In this document: in pieces, positions 50,105 through 59,945 of the stretch | Layout: each line of letters opens with the position of its first letter | Numbering within the stretch: position 1 is the first letter of the stretch | Program-made: the position numbers and the translations under genes | Source of the DNA: Nitrospirota bacterium | GTDB taxonomy: Bacteria; Nitrospirota; Thermodesulfovibrionia; Thermodesulfovibrionales; SM23-35 | Direction: 5' to 3' | Length of the DNA stretch: 64,000 nt | Assembly: GCA_049323875.1 (NCBI GenBank) | Contig: JBMOLW010000001.1 | Location: forward strand, 160,073 to 224,072 | The notes under the pieces: model-generated | The model's input: only the letters and a program-made list of their open reading frames with translations | What the model was told of the DNA's origin: nothing | The model's database searches: none

Positions 50105-51112
50105 ATGAAAATCGTAGTTTTTGAAGTGGAGGAATGGGAACGTTCCGCGTTTGACAGACTGAAAGAAGAACATGAAATCACATTTGTGGACGACCTGCTT
50201 ACAAAGGACAATGTAAAGCAGTATGCGGATGCAGAAGTAGTATCCCCTTTTATCTACTCGGATCTTTCTTCCGGAGTGCTGAAACACCTGAATCGTCTCA
50301 AATTGATCGCAACCCGGTCAACCGGCTTCGATCATATCGATCTCGAGTTTTGCAAAAAAAATACCATAACAGTCTGTAATGTGCCGGTATACGGCGACAA
50401 TACCGTCGCAGAGCACGTCTTCGGCCTCATCCTTGCAATCAGTCACAATCTGATTGCTGCAGTCGACCGGACAAGGAGGGGAGATTTTTCCCAGACGGGC
50501 CTCCGGGGATTCGATCTCCTCGGCAAAACACTGGGCGTTATCGGAACAGGGAGCATAGGCCGGTGTGTTATCGAAATAGCCAAGGGGTTTCGCATGAATG
50601 TCGTGGCCTTTGACGTCAAGCAGGACGATAAATGGGCGAATACACTCGGATTTCGCTATATGTCTATGGACGAGCTTTTGGCAACTTCCGATATCATCAC
50701 CCTCCACGTCCCTTCCAGTGAGAAGACGCGCAATCTTATTTCCGGCGAGGCTTTCGCAAGGATGAAAGACGGCGTGGTCTTGATCAATACTGCCCGTGGT
50801 GATATCGTTGACGTAAAAGCCCTTGTAAAGGCGATTGCGGAAGGAAAGGTTGCAGCAGCAGGACTTGATGTGCTGCCCGAGGAGTCGGTAATCCGTGAAG
50901 AGGCGGAATTGCTGTATTCAGTATACCAGAAGAGGAATGTTCTCGAAACCCTTCTGGCCAATCATATTCTCTTACATCTCCGCAACGTGATTATTACCCC
51001 TCACAGCGCATTCAACACGCGCGAGGCTGTCGAGCGCATCCTGAATACAACTGCTGAAAACATCATTTCTTTTATTGGCGGAAATCCCGTGAATGCCCTG
51101 GTAAAAAAATGA
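50105..51112 (+). CDS. D-isomer-specific 2-hydroxyacid dehydrogenase (D-lactate dehydrogenase-like)
   Basis: Motifs TRSTGFDHID, VAEH, GVIGTGSIG, LINTARG, AGLDV and ITPHSAFNT. Confidence 0.9.
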   Translation: MKIVVFEVEEWERSAFDRLKEEHEITFVDDLLTKDNVKQYADAEVVSPFIYSDLSSGVLKHLNRLKLIATRSTGFDHIDLEFCKKNTITVCNVPVYGDNTVAEHVFGLILAISHNLIAAVDRTRRGDFSQTGLRGFDLLGKTLGVIGTGSIGRCVIEIAKGFRMNVVAFDVKQDDKWANTLGFRYMSMDELLATSDIITLHVPSSEKTRNLISGEAFARMKDGVVLINTARGDIVDVKALVKAIAEGKVAAAGLDVLPEESVIREEAELLYSVYQKRNVLETLLANHILLHLRNVIITPHSAFNTREAVERILNTTAENIISFIGGNPVNALVKK

Positions 51113-51168
51113 GTTAGTAAGAAAGAACCGCTGGCGGACACTCCGGTGCTCGATATCAGGAGGGGACA

Positions 51169-52158
51169 GTGAAGATCATAGAGGTTATTGCAGACAAAAG
51201 CAGTGGCGGCACCATATCGGCAATTGCAGAAAAGCATAAGGCATATGATTTCCGTATGGGTTTTGCCGGTGAGGACGGAAGGCAGGCAATGCAGCTTCTC
51301 GTCCGCGATGATAAGGTTCAGGAAGTGCTGGACACCTTGCAGGGAGTTCTTGGCGCACAACCGTATGCCAAGATTCTCGTCGTTCCGCTTGAGGTTGCAT
51401 TGCCGCCTCCGCCGGAAGATGAGCGCGCCAAAGAAGATTCTGCATCTGCGGCTCGGGAAAAACTCTATGAAGAAATGGAAAAAAGCGTGCTGCTGAATCT
51501 GAATTTCCTTGTCCTTGTGGTACTTTCTACCATTGTCGCAGCTATCGGGCTTATAGAGAGCAATATAGCAGTAGTGATCGGTGCGATGGTGATTGCGCCG
51601 CTGCTCGGCCCCAACCTTGCACTCGGCTTTGGCACAGCACTCGGCGATATTCAGTTGATGAGGAAGTCTTTGAGAACAAATGTAACAGGCATCGCGCTGG
51701 CGCTGGCTTTGTCGATCGCTATTGGTCTGTTTCTTCCTTTCAATAATACGAGTCATGAACTGATGTCTCGCACAGATGTGGGATTAGACTCCGTCGTCCT
51801 GGCCCTTGCCTCGGGAGCGGCCGCCGCGATGTCTCTTACCACCGGGCTTTCAAGCGTGCTTGTCGGCGTGATGGTTGCCGTGGCATTGCTTCCGCCGGCG
51901 GTGACCTCCGGCCTGATGCTCGGACAAGGGCAGTTCAACCTTGCAACCGGCGCAGCATTGCTGCTTGCTGTGAATATGGTATGTGTGAATTTGGCAACCA
52001 AGGTTGTCTTTTTTGTCAAAGGCGTCCGCCCGCGGAGATGGCTCGAGAAAGAAAATGCGAGACGCGCGATGAGGAACTATCTGGCAGTCTGGCTGATTAC
52101 CCTTGCCATTCTCATCATTATCATATATATCCGCCGGGCAGTGGTTGCATTGCCCTAG
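51169..52158 (+). CDS. TIGR00341/DUF389-type membrane protein
   Basis: Motifs VIGAMVIAPLLGP and GVMVAVALLPP. Confidence 0.85.
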   Translation: MKIIEVIADKSSGGTISAIAEKHKAYDFRMGFAGEDGRQAMQLLVRDDKVQEVLDTLQGVLGAQPYAKILVVPLEVALPPPPEDERAKEDSASAAREKLYEEMEKSVLLNLNFLVLVVLSTIVAAIGLIESNIAVVIGAMVIAPLLGPNLALGFGTALGDIQLMRKSLRTNVTGIALALALSIAIGLFLPFNNTSHELMSRTDVGLDSVVLALASGAAAAMSLTTGLSSVLVGVMVAVALLPPAVTSGLMLGQGQFNLATGAALLLAVNMVCVNLATKVVFFVKGVRPRRWLEKENARRAMRNYLAVWLITLAILIIIIYIRRAVVALP

Positions 52159-52384
52159 GGGTGCCATCAGGAGAAGGTATTTGGATTTTTTATACCAATG
52201 TACCGTCTTGAACAAACGTCTGAAGGGGAAAAGGACGAAATCGGGAAGCCGCATCCGGTTGTTTTTATTGTATTACTGTTAGAATGGTACAGGAGAAAAT
52301 GCTGCACTTGATTGATCATGCAACAGGGAAAGCTGTGAACGTCATCGGGAAATGCACTATATCCCGGCTCCGGAGGACACTGTA

Positions 52385-53734
52385 ATGGCGGAGTTGCTCG
52401 ATGAAAAGATCAGGGAATTGCTCGATAAGCAGAAATGGGCGGAAATAAGGGAACTTCTGAAGGGATTGCCCGCCCCTGATATAGCCGCTGTCATGTCTGC
52501 CGTTGAAAAACATGAGCGGATATTATTATTCCGTCTGTTGCCCAGGCAACTCGGAGCAGAATTCTTTGCATACCTGGAATCAAAAGACAAGGACATGCTG
52601 CTCAGGGAACTGACCGATGAGGAGGCCCGTCATATCCTCGCAGGTCTAAGCCCGGATGACCGGACAGAATTCTTCGAAGAACTCCCCGGACAGGCAATCC
52701 AGAGGCTTTTGAACTTCCTTAATCCTGATGACCGCAGGGAAACACTTCAACTGCTCGGATATCCCGAAGAAAGTGTCGGAAGACTGATGACGCCGGACTA
52801 CGTAGCTGTCCGTCCGGACTGGTCCATCAGGCAGGCCCTCGAACATATCCGTCTGAAAGGGCTGGATAGCGAGACGATCAACATAGTATATGTTACGGAT
52901 AACTCATGGATACTATTGGATTCCCTGAGTCTGCGGAAATTCATCCTCGCAAAACCGGACGATCTCGTGAGTGAGATCATGGATTACACCTTTGTGAGCA
53001 TTTCGGCTTTTGAGGACCGCGAAGAGGCAGTCAAATTGATACAGCGTTATGACCTCGTCGCACTGCCCGTTTTGGATTTGGACGGTGTAATGCTCGGAAT
53101 TGTGACGGTCGATGACGTTATGGATGTGGCACAGCAAGAGGCCACCGAAGACTTCCACAAAGTGGCAGCTGTGGCTCCTCTTAAGACGAGCTACAGCGAA
53201 TCAGGCATCTGGGTGCTCTACCGCAAGAGGATCATCTGGCTGCTGGTATTGCTCGGCGTGAACCTGATTGCATCGGGCGTAATCGCTGCCTATGAAGAGG
53301 TTCTGATTTCCACAATCGCACTCGCATTTTTCATACCGCTGCTTATCGCGACCGGAGGAAATGCCGGAGCGCAGTCAGCTACGCTCATGGTCCGCGCCAT
53401 CGCGACAGGCGATGTGAAGCTGAGCCAGTGGTTCTGGGCGCTCGGGAGAGAGATGGCTGTGGCAGGTTTTCTGGGAGTTACCATGGGAGTTGCAAGCTCG
53501 ATACTCGGTCTCTTCAGAGGGGGGCCGGAAATCGGACTGGTAGTCGGACTTGCAATGGTCTTATTGGTTCTTGTCGCGAACTTCATAGGGGTCGTGCTTC
53601 CTTTTGTGATAACAAAAATCGGCCTGGACCCGGCAGTCGTGAGCAATCCCTTAATAACTTCGGTCGCTGATGTCGCGGGATTGCTCATCTATTTTTCAAT
53701 CGCCACATGGCTTCTCGGTGCTGCATTGCACTGA
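52385..53734 (+). CDS. mgtE: Magnesium transporter
   Basis: YPEESVGRLMT, CBS pair, GIVTVDD, GGNAGAQSAT and DPAVVSNPLITSVADV. Start follows GGAGG. Confidence 0.93.
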   Translation: MAELLDEKIRELLDKQKWAEIRELLKGLPAPDIAAVMSAVEKHERILLFRLLPRQLGAEFFAYLESKDKDMLLRELTDEEARHILAGLSPDDRTEFFEELPGQAIQRLLNFLNPDDRRETLQLLGYPEESVGRLMTPDYVAVRPDWSIRQALEHIRLKGLDSETINIVYVTDNSWILLDSLSLRKFILAKPDDLVSEIMDYTFVSISAFEDREEAVKLIQRYDLVALPVLDLDGVMLGIVTVDDVMDVAQQEATEDFHKVAAVAPLKTSYSESGIWVLYRKRIIWLLVLLGVNLIASGVIAAYEEVLISTIALAFFIPLLIATGGNAGAQSATLMVRAIATGDVKLSQWFWALGREMAVAGFLGVTMGVASSILGLFRGGPEIGLVVGLAMVLLVLVANFIGVVLPFVITKIGLDPAVVSNPLITSVADVAGLLIYFSIATWLLGAALH

Positions 53735-53750
53735 AGTTCCGGTTATTTTT

Positions 53751-53759
53751 TGCTATACT
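53751..53759 (+). promoter_or_regulatory. Extended -10 element upstream of htpX
   Basis: TGCTATACT (TGn-TATACT) about 80 bp before the ATG. Confidence 0.35.
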
Positions 53760-53839
53760 ATATACACTCCGGAGTAAAATACAGGCAGTAATCAGAAGGT
53801 GCTGAATACACGATCAGATTTAACTATAAGGAGGAAACT

Positions 53840-54736
53840 ATGCGCAGAATAGGTTATTTTTTAATCACGAACCTCGCGATACTACTTGTGCTGGGGATGG
53901 TGCTGAGAATCCTTGGCATTGAAGCTTACATAACTCCCTATGGTTTGAATTATCAGTCGCTGCTCATTTTTGCAGCCGTGTTCGGTATGGGAGGCGCATT
54001 CATCAGCCTCGCGCTCTCCAAATGGACCGCTAAGCGACTCACGAGAGCCCAGACAATAACTGCCCCTGCAAATGAGACAGAACGCTGGCTCGTACGGACA
54101 GTGAGCGAGCTCGCTTCCCGAGCCGGCATCGGCATGCCCGAAGTTGCCGTATATCCCTCTGATGACATGAATGCCTTTGCAACAGGGATGAAGCGGAACA
54201 ACGCCCTTGTCGCTGTCTCAACCGGCATGCTGAAACGCATGGACAGGGAGAAAATCCGGGCGGTGCTCGCTCATGAAGTAGCACATGTCAAGAATGGCGA
54301 TATGATAACCCTTGCGTTAATACAGGGGGTAGTGAACACCTTCGTCATTTTCTTCGCACGCATTATCGGCTACACGGTAGACAGGGTGATACTCAGGAAT
54401 GAGAGAGGGCACGGGATAGGATTCTGGGTAACCACAATCATCGCAGAGATATTCCTTTCCATCCTTGCATCAATAATCGTCTTCTGGTTTTCGAGGAAGA
54501 GGGAATTTCGTGCTGACAGCGGCGCTGCAGAGTTTGTCGGGAAAAAACCCATGATCAGCGCGCTGGAGTCTTTGAAAGCGTCGATTAAACAGCCTCATCT
54601 GCCCGACCAGATGGCGGCATTCGGCATCTCAGGAGGAAAAAAACACGGGCTGAAAGCGCTTTTTGCGACTCATCCGGACCTGGATGACCGGATCAATAGC
54701 CTTATGGGATCCCAGTATCCTGATTACAAGCCCTGA
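53840..54736 (+). CDS. htpX: Zinc metalloprotease HtpX
   Basis: Motifs NAFATG, HEVAHVKNGDM, FSRKREFRAD and THPDL. Confidence 0.93.
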   Translation: MRRIGYFLITNLAILLVLGMVLRILGIEAYITPYGLNYQSLLIFAAVFGMGGAFISLALSKWTAKRLTRAQTITAPANETERWLVRTVSELASRAGIGMPEVAVYPSDDMNAFATGMKRNNALVAVSTGMLKRMDREKIRAVLAHEVAHVKNGDMITLALIQGVVNTFVIFFARIIGYTVDRVILRNERGHGIGFWVTTIIAEIFLSILASIIVFWFSRKREFRADSGAAEFVGKKPMISALESLKASIKQPHLPDQMAAFGISGGKKHGLKALFATHPDLDDRINSLMGSQYPDYKP

Positions 54737-54757
54737 GCATAGTGCGACGGACAAGAG

Positions 54758-56743
54758 ATGGAATTTGAATTTTTAAAATCTCTTGAAGTAATATTTATTG
54801 CGTCCGCTGCAGTAATCCTGCTGCTCTACAAATTGAAGATTCCTTCCCTGATCGGGTTCATCGTCGCCGGAATAATCATAGGCCCGCACGGTATAGGACT
54901 GATACAAGACGTCCACTTTATTCAGATCCTTGCAGAAATCGGCGTCATACTCCTGCTCTTCACCATCGGCATCGAGTTTTCAATGACAAAACTCATCAGG
55001 ATCAGAAGAGCCGTATTAGGAGGAGGCGGGGCGCAGGTCCTGCTGACCATAGTCATATCAGCTGCCCTTACCTATATCGCCATAGAAAATGTCAACCAGT
55101 CGCTTTTTTTCGGATTTCTGTATGCCCTGAGCAGCACTGCAATAGTGCTGAAGCTGCTCACTGAGAGGGGGGAAATAGACTCTCCTCACGGCCACACCAT
55201 GGTAGGCATCCTCATATTCCAGGACCTCTGCATCGTACCGCTCATGCTTCTTGTTCCGGCCCTCTCGGGTGACAGGATCGACTTCGTCGATGTTGGACTA
55301 AAGATGGGCAAGGCGGCTGTTATCATTCTCGTGGTATTGTTCAGTTCCAGATGGATGGTTCCTGCCCTGCTCCACCAGGTAGTCCGTACAAAAAGCAGGG
55401 AGCTCTTTCTGACCACCATTATCCTCCTCTGCCTCGGCATAGCCCTCCTGACCTCGAAGTTCGGTCTCTCCCTTGCCCTCGGGGCTTTTCTGGCAGGCCT
55501 CATCATATCCGAGTCAGAGTATGCACATCAGGCCATCTCGGATATATTGCCCTTCAAGGACAGTTTCATGGGCCTTTTCTTCGTCTCCATTGGAATGCTC
55601 ATGAATACCGGGTTTGCCATCGATAACGGGATCAGAATAACCCAGGTTGTTCTCCTTATAGTCCTCCTGAAAATCATCACGGGGACACTCTCAGCGCTGT
55701 TGATAGGGAATGCCCTGAGGCCGGCCGTTTTTACCGGTCTGGGGCTTGCGCAGATCGGGGAGTTTTCCTTTGTACTTGCAGTTGCCGGCAAGGCTTCGGG
55801 ACTGATTTCGGAAGAATTCTATCAGATCTTCCTTGGATCTTCTGTCGTAACAATGATCATGACCCCTTTCATGCTGAATGCCGCGCACTCAGCTTCTGAA
55901 TGGATTACGTCGAGGCCTCTCCTGAAAAGACTGGAAAGAAAACGGAGGGTTGCCGAGGGGGAGGGAACTCCGCGCAAAAAACACGACCATGTTATTATCG
56001 TAGGATTCGGTCTGAACGGAAGAAATCTGGCCAAAGTTTTGAAAGAGGCTGAAATTCCCTATGTTGTGCTCGAAATGAACAGCGATACGGTCCGGGAAAT
56101 GCGCAGGAAAGGCGAACCGATCTATTATGGTGACGGGACGAGCCAGGAGATACTCCACAAACTAAACATAGAAAAGGCGAGACTCGTGGTCATCGCGATT
56201 TCAGACCCCGTCTCCACCAGGAGAATTGTATCGATAGCAAAACATGCTAACCGTCAGATATATATTATTGTAAGAACACGCTACTTCATCGAAGTCGACG
56301 ACCTCAAATCACTTGGGGCTGATGAGGTGATACCGGAAGAGTTCGAAACCTCGATCGAGATCTTTTCGCGGGTATTGCACCGCTACAGCTTCCCCAGAAA
56401 TGCGATACTCGATATGGTTGATAAAATCCGGAGCAACAGTTACACCGCCCTGCGGAGTGTTGAAGTGCCGAGACGGCATCTTTTTGAAAAATATGAATGG
56501 CTGCCTGAGATCGAAATAGACGGGTTCCGCATCACCGAGGGGTCTCATCTCGATGAAAAGACAATCAAGGAACTCCAGATAAGGAAAAAAACCGGGGTTA
56601 CCATCATTGCCGTGAGAAGGGGCAAGACTGTCCATACCAATCCTCAGCCTGATTTCAGGCTGAAAGCAGGCGATTTCCTCCTCTATACAGGCGACAGGGA
56701 AAATATGCAGAACGCCCTCAGTTACTTTTCCGGCGAGATATAA
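54758..56743 (+). CDS. CPA2 cation:proton antiporter with TrkA-N and TrkA-C (RCK) domains
   Basis: Motifs LSSTAIVLKLL, IFQDL, AQIGEFSF, VGFGLNG and IRKKTGVTIIAVRRG...NP. Confidence 0.9.
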   Translation: MEFEFLKSLEVIFIASAAVILLLYKLKIPSLIGFIVAGIIIGPHGIGLIQDVHFIQILAEIGVILLLFTIGIEFSMTKLIRIRRAVLGGGGAQVLLTIVISAALTYIAIENVNQSLFFGFLYALSSTAIVLKLLTERGEIDSPHGHTMVGILIFQDLCIVPLMLLVPALSGDRIDFVDVGLKMGKAAVIILVVLFSSRWMVPALLHQVVRTKSRELFLTTIILLCLGIALLTSKFGLSLALGAFLAGLIISESEYAHQAISDILPFKDSFMGLFFVSIGMLMNTGFAIDNGIRITQVVLLIVLLKIITGTLSALLIGNALRPAVFTGLGLAQIGEFSFVLAVAGKASGLISEEFYQIFLGSSVVTMIMTPFMLNAAHSASEWITSRPLLKRLERKRRVAEGEGTPRKKHDHVIIVGFGLNGRNLAKVLKEAEIPYVVLEMNSDTVREMRRKGEPIYYGDGTSQEILHKLNIEKARLVVIAISDPVSTRRIVSIAKHANRQIYIIVRTRYFIEVDDLKSLGADEVIPEEFETSIEIFSRVLHRYSFPRNAILDMVDKIRSNSYTALRSVEVPRRHLFEKYEWLPEIEIDGFRITEGSHLDEKTIKELQIRKKTGVTIIAVRRGKTVHTNPQPDFRLKAGDFLLYTGDRENMQNALSYFSGEI

Positions 56744-56751
56744 CGCTCCCT

Positions 56752-58569
56752 ATGAACTCCCTGGCAATATTTGTTCTTTCGCTTCTCTGTATTTTCTGCA
56801 CTCACAGTTCCCTCCATGCTTACCCTCCCGATTACCTCATAGCTCTTGACGGCATCCATAAATTTTCTCCTGACGACAACCCTCATTACGCATTGCCCTC
56901 GTATGACGATTCCGGCTGGGAACCGGTCGCCGTTCCCGGAAACTGGCAATCCCAGGGAATCAGTCCTCCGGATGGCATAGGATGGTACAGAATTCATTGC
57001 ACTGTTCCCGAGAGCTTCAGAAACATCCAGCCTGCTGTCTTCCTCGGAAGGATCGGCGATGCGGATGAGGTTTTCTTCAATGGCTTCATGATCGGGGGGG
57101 AAGGATCTATCGGCAAACAGTTCATTGAAGCATCAAAAATTGACCGGCTCTACATGATCCCCCGGGAACAGATCAATTACGGAGGAGAGAATCTCATTGC
57201 CGTTCGGGTTCTGAATACCTATCTCAACGGCGGGATCTTTGACCGGGGAATCCATATTGGCGAATACAAAGACCTTCTGATTGTGAAACTGCAAAAACAC
57301 CAGAATACTCTTATAGGGGAGTTCTGTTTCTTCACTTTCTTCTCCCTGTTCTTCCTTGCCTGTCTCTTTTTTTACATCAAGGGACTGAGGGACAGGGAAT
57401 ATTTTTACTTCTGGCTATTTATAACCCTCTACGGCATACTCTTCTTTCTCGGAAGCGTCACATTCTATGACACCGGAATGAAAACGCGGAGTGTACAGCA
57501 GACGATCGCCATAATTTCCGCACTCCTCCCGGCAAGCCTGCTCCTGCTCCTTGTCCACTTCTATAAGGAAAAAATCTCGTTTTTTGTCCGTACAATTGCA
57601 GCCGCATTCTTCTGTATAGCGACGCTCAGCCTCTTTTTCACTTCCTATACCGCGAGGATATCTCTCCATACCTTCTGGAAACTGCTCTTTATCCTTACTG
57701 CTGCGTTTCTTGTCTTTATTGCGATCAAAGCGTTCTTCAGAAAATTTTATGAATCCGGTACCATTCTTTTCGGTATTACCGGTCTGATAGTCGGATTTAT
57801 CGTTGAGTCACTGGGGGGGCTTGACCTCCTGCAGGTTACCGGGTTTTTCCTCTGGGACTATGCCGTAGCATTTTTCATGATCTGTGTAATGTATGCGTTG
57901 ACTTCACGGTATACCCGCATCAAGGAACTCCAATCCGCTTCCATGAAAATATTCAACGCGCATGAGAAGGAGAGAAAGAGACTTGCACGGGAACTTCATG
58001 ACGGAATCGGGACATCCCTGCTCGCAACCAAGATGAAACTCAAGATGATCGAGGCCCGCGTAAAGGAGAATCTGCCGATAGACGAACAGGCATTCCCTGA
58101 ATTGATTGCGGAAATGAGGCATTCCATCGATGAATTGAGGGCTGTGGCGAAAGATCTCCGGCCGTCGTTCCTCGAGAATACCGAGCTTGTAGACGCAATG
58201 AAATGGCACGCCCGGAAGGTACAGGCCCGCACTGGCATAGACGTCAGGATCAGTGCGGGCACCCTGAACAAAATCGGTCCGGAACTCAAGGAGAATCTCT
58301 ACCGCATATTTCAGGAAGCACTGAATAATGCCATAAAACACTCGGGTGCAACATCTGTCGATATCCTGCTGAGCAGGGACACTGAATATCTTACTCTCGA
58401 AATTCACGATAATGGACGGGGTTTTGTAATTGCCGGCCGTGAAAAGGAAGAGCAGGGTCTGGGGCTCTACACAATACGAGAGCGGGTCGAGTTGCTCGGA
58501 GGTATTATCAGGATCAAGAGTTCTGATAAAATAGGCACGAATATCTATATCGAGGTGCCGCTCAAATGA
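56752..58569 (+). CDS. Sensor histidine kinase (HisKA_3/NarX type) with extracellular galactose-binding-like domain and about 7 TM helices
   Basis: N-domain YDDSGWEPVAVPGNW...GIGWYR...LGRIGDADEVFFNG. Kinase motifs ERKRLARELHDGIG, QEALNNAIKHS and DNGRGF. Confidence 0.88.
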   Translation: MNSLAIFVLSLLCIFCTHSSLHAYPPDYLIALDGIHKFSPDDNPHYALPSYDDSGWEPVAVPGNWQSQGISPPDGIGWYRIHCTVPESFRNIQPAVFLGRIGDADEVFFNGFMIGGEGSIGKQFIEASKIDRLYMIPREQINYGGENLIAVRVLNTYLNGGIFDRGIHIGEYKDLLIVKLQKHQNTLIGEFCFFTFFSLFFLACLFFYIKGLRDREYFYFWLFITLYGILFFLGSVTFYDTGMKTRSVQQTIAIISALLPASLLLLLVHFYKEKISFFVRTIAAAFFCIATLSLFFTSYTARISLHTFWKLLFILTAAFLVFIAIKAFFRKFYESGTILFGITGLIVGFIVESLGGLDLLQVTGFFLWDYAVAFFMICVMYALTSRYTRIKELQSASMKIFNAHEKERKRLARELHDGIGTSLLATKMKLKMIEARVKENLPIDEQAFPELIAEMRHSIDELRAVAKDLRPSFLENTELVDAMKWHARKVQARTGIDVRISAGTLNKIGPELKENLYRIFQEALNNAIKHSGATSVDILLSRDTEYLTLEIHDNGRGFVIAGREKEEQGLGLYTIRERVELLGGIIRIKSSDKIGTNIYIEVPLK

Positions 58570-59195
58570 CCACCCTTATCATCGCCGACGACCATATCAT
58601 ATTCAGGCAGGGGCTCCGGAACCTTTTGCAATCCTCTCCTGACCTATCCGTAATCGGAGAATCCGGTGAAGGCAGGGAGACGTTTGACCTTATTGTCAGA
58701 GAGAATCCGGATATTGCCATACTCGACATATCAATGCCCGGACTTGACGGCTTCGAAATTCTCCAGAAAATCCAGAGCATGGGACTCAGGACAAAGGTTA
58801 TTTTCCTCACCATGCATAACGAAACCCTTACGGCTAAAAGAGCCATTCAACTCAATGCCTCAGGGTATGTTCTGAAGGATAACGCGTTCGAAGACCTGCT
58901 CTATGCGGTGAAAACCGTTTCTGCAGGCGGAACTTTTCTCAGTCCTTCTGTCTCCGAGAGAATTCTGAAAACCCCCCTGGAAAAAGGAGAAGAGGCTCAG
59001 ATGCTCACACTCCGCGAACGGGAGATACTAAAGCTTATCGCATCCGGACTGACCAACAAACAGATAGCCGGGCAATTGTTTATCAGCGTCAAAACCGTGG
59101 AAACCCACCGGACGAATATTATGCAGAAACTCGATGTCCATACGACCGCAGATCTTGTGCGGCATGCGATAAAAACAGGCATTCTGGAGAAGTAA
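58566..59195 (+). CDS. NarL/LuxR-family response regulator
   Basis: Motifs ADDH, LDISMP, GYVLK and LTLREREILKLIASGLTNKQIA...SVKTVETHR. Confidence 0.93.
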   Translation: MTTLIIADDHIIFRQGLRNLLQSSPDLSVIGESGEGRETFDLIVRENPDIAILDISMPGLDGFEILQKIQSMGLRTKVIFLTMHNETLTAKRAIQLNASGYVLKDNAFEDLLYAVKTVSAGGTFLSPSVSERILKTPLEKGEEAQMLTLREREILKLIASGLTNKQIAGQLFISVKTVETHRTNIMQKLDVHTTADLVRHAIKTGILEK

Positions 59196-59227
59196 TACCT
59201 TGAGCCTCAGCGTGCAACGGAGCCGAC

Positions 59228-59653
59228 TCAATCTTTTTTCTCCCCCTGAAGCCGTCGGGTGTCGTGTTCACAGGTGTATTTTCTGCAGCGCAGGGGCCGC
59301 CTTTCATGGATGGTGCACGAAAAGGTCATGCGGTCAAGATACGGGCAGTATCCATCCGGGTCCTTGGCAAGGTAGTAAGGCCGGTCAGGATTATACCGGT
59401 AAAAGCCCTGTTTTACTTCCTCCTGGGTCAGGGCAAATACATAGGTGCAGCAGTCAGCCCTGCACAAAGAGACCTTTGACCGGCAGTCCACAACAGCATC
59501 CGGCTCAGAGTCGTCTTCCAGTCCGTAGACCTTCCCATCAATCATAACCATATTCCTGAGCGCTGCGGCAAGGATTTTTTCCTTCTTGTCAGAATGATTA
59601 TGCGCGTCAGGGCGATTCCCTTCCGCACCTGTCTTCTTCTGGTCCTCACTCAT
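59228..59653 (-). CDS. YkgJ-family cysteine-cluster protein
   Basis: C...CRADCC...DGYCPYLD...CTIHERRPLRCRKYTC. Start set at MSEDQKK after GGAGAAGG. Confidence 0.8.
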   Translation of the reverse strand: MSEDQKKTGAEGNRPDAHNHSDKKEKILAAALRNMVMIDGKVYGLEDDSEPDAVVDCRSKVSLCRADCCTYVFALTQEEVKQGFYRYNPDRPYYLAKDPDGYCPYLDRMTFSCTIHERRPLRCRKYTCEHDTRRLQGEKKD

Positions 59654-59795
59654 CCGTTTCCCTTCTCCTGAATTAACAACTGTGTTCTGCGGTACCACGA
59701 CCGGTTGCAACAAGTTCCTTGATAAGATTATAGTACAATCAGTCCATCTTGTTTGCGGTCTTATGGATTCATCCAACCATCCGGAACACATACTC

Positions 59796-59838
59796 AAAAT
59801 ACAGCAAATACCCGATAAAAATACAGCGAACACCCGAT
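59796..59838. promoter_or_regulatory. Tandem 21-bp direct repeat (22-bp period), candidate regulator binding site
   Basis: AAAATACAGCAAATACCCGAT and AAAATACAGCGAACACCCGAT (19/21 identical) in a divergent intergenic region. Confidence 0.6.
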
Positions 59839-59945
59839 TGAAATAGGCAAGAGACTTAAATAAAATATATTATATTGTTGTAATCATAATTCTTTATATA
59901 GTTAGTACATTATATTATTATGTTTAGTTCCATAACGAGGAGGGT

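Noticed and set aside
52159-52384. Long leader upstream of mgtE as a possible M-box riboswitch
   Set aside because: No recognisable M-box conserved sequence and no terminator.
46703-56743. kefC-like plus htpX genes as a transmissible locus of stress tolerance
   Set aside because: The hallmark clpG/clpK, small HSP, yfdX and flanking transposase genes are absent.
59796-59838. Short direct repeats here and at 62015-62081 as CRISPR remnants
   Set aside because: Only two units each, no spacers of CRISPR length, and no cas genes.
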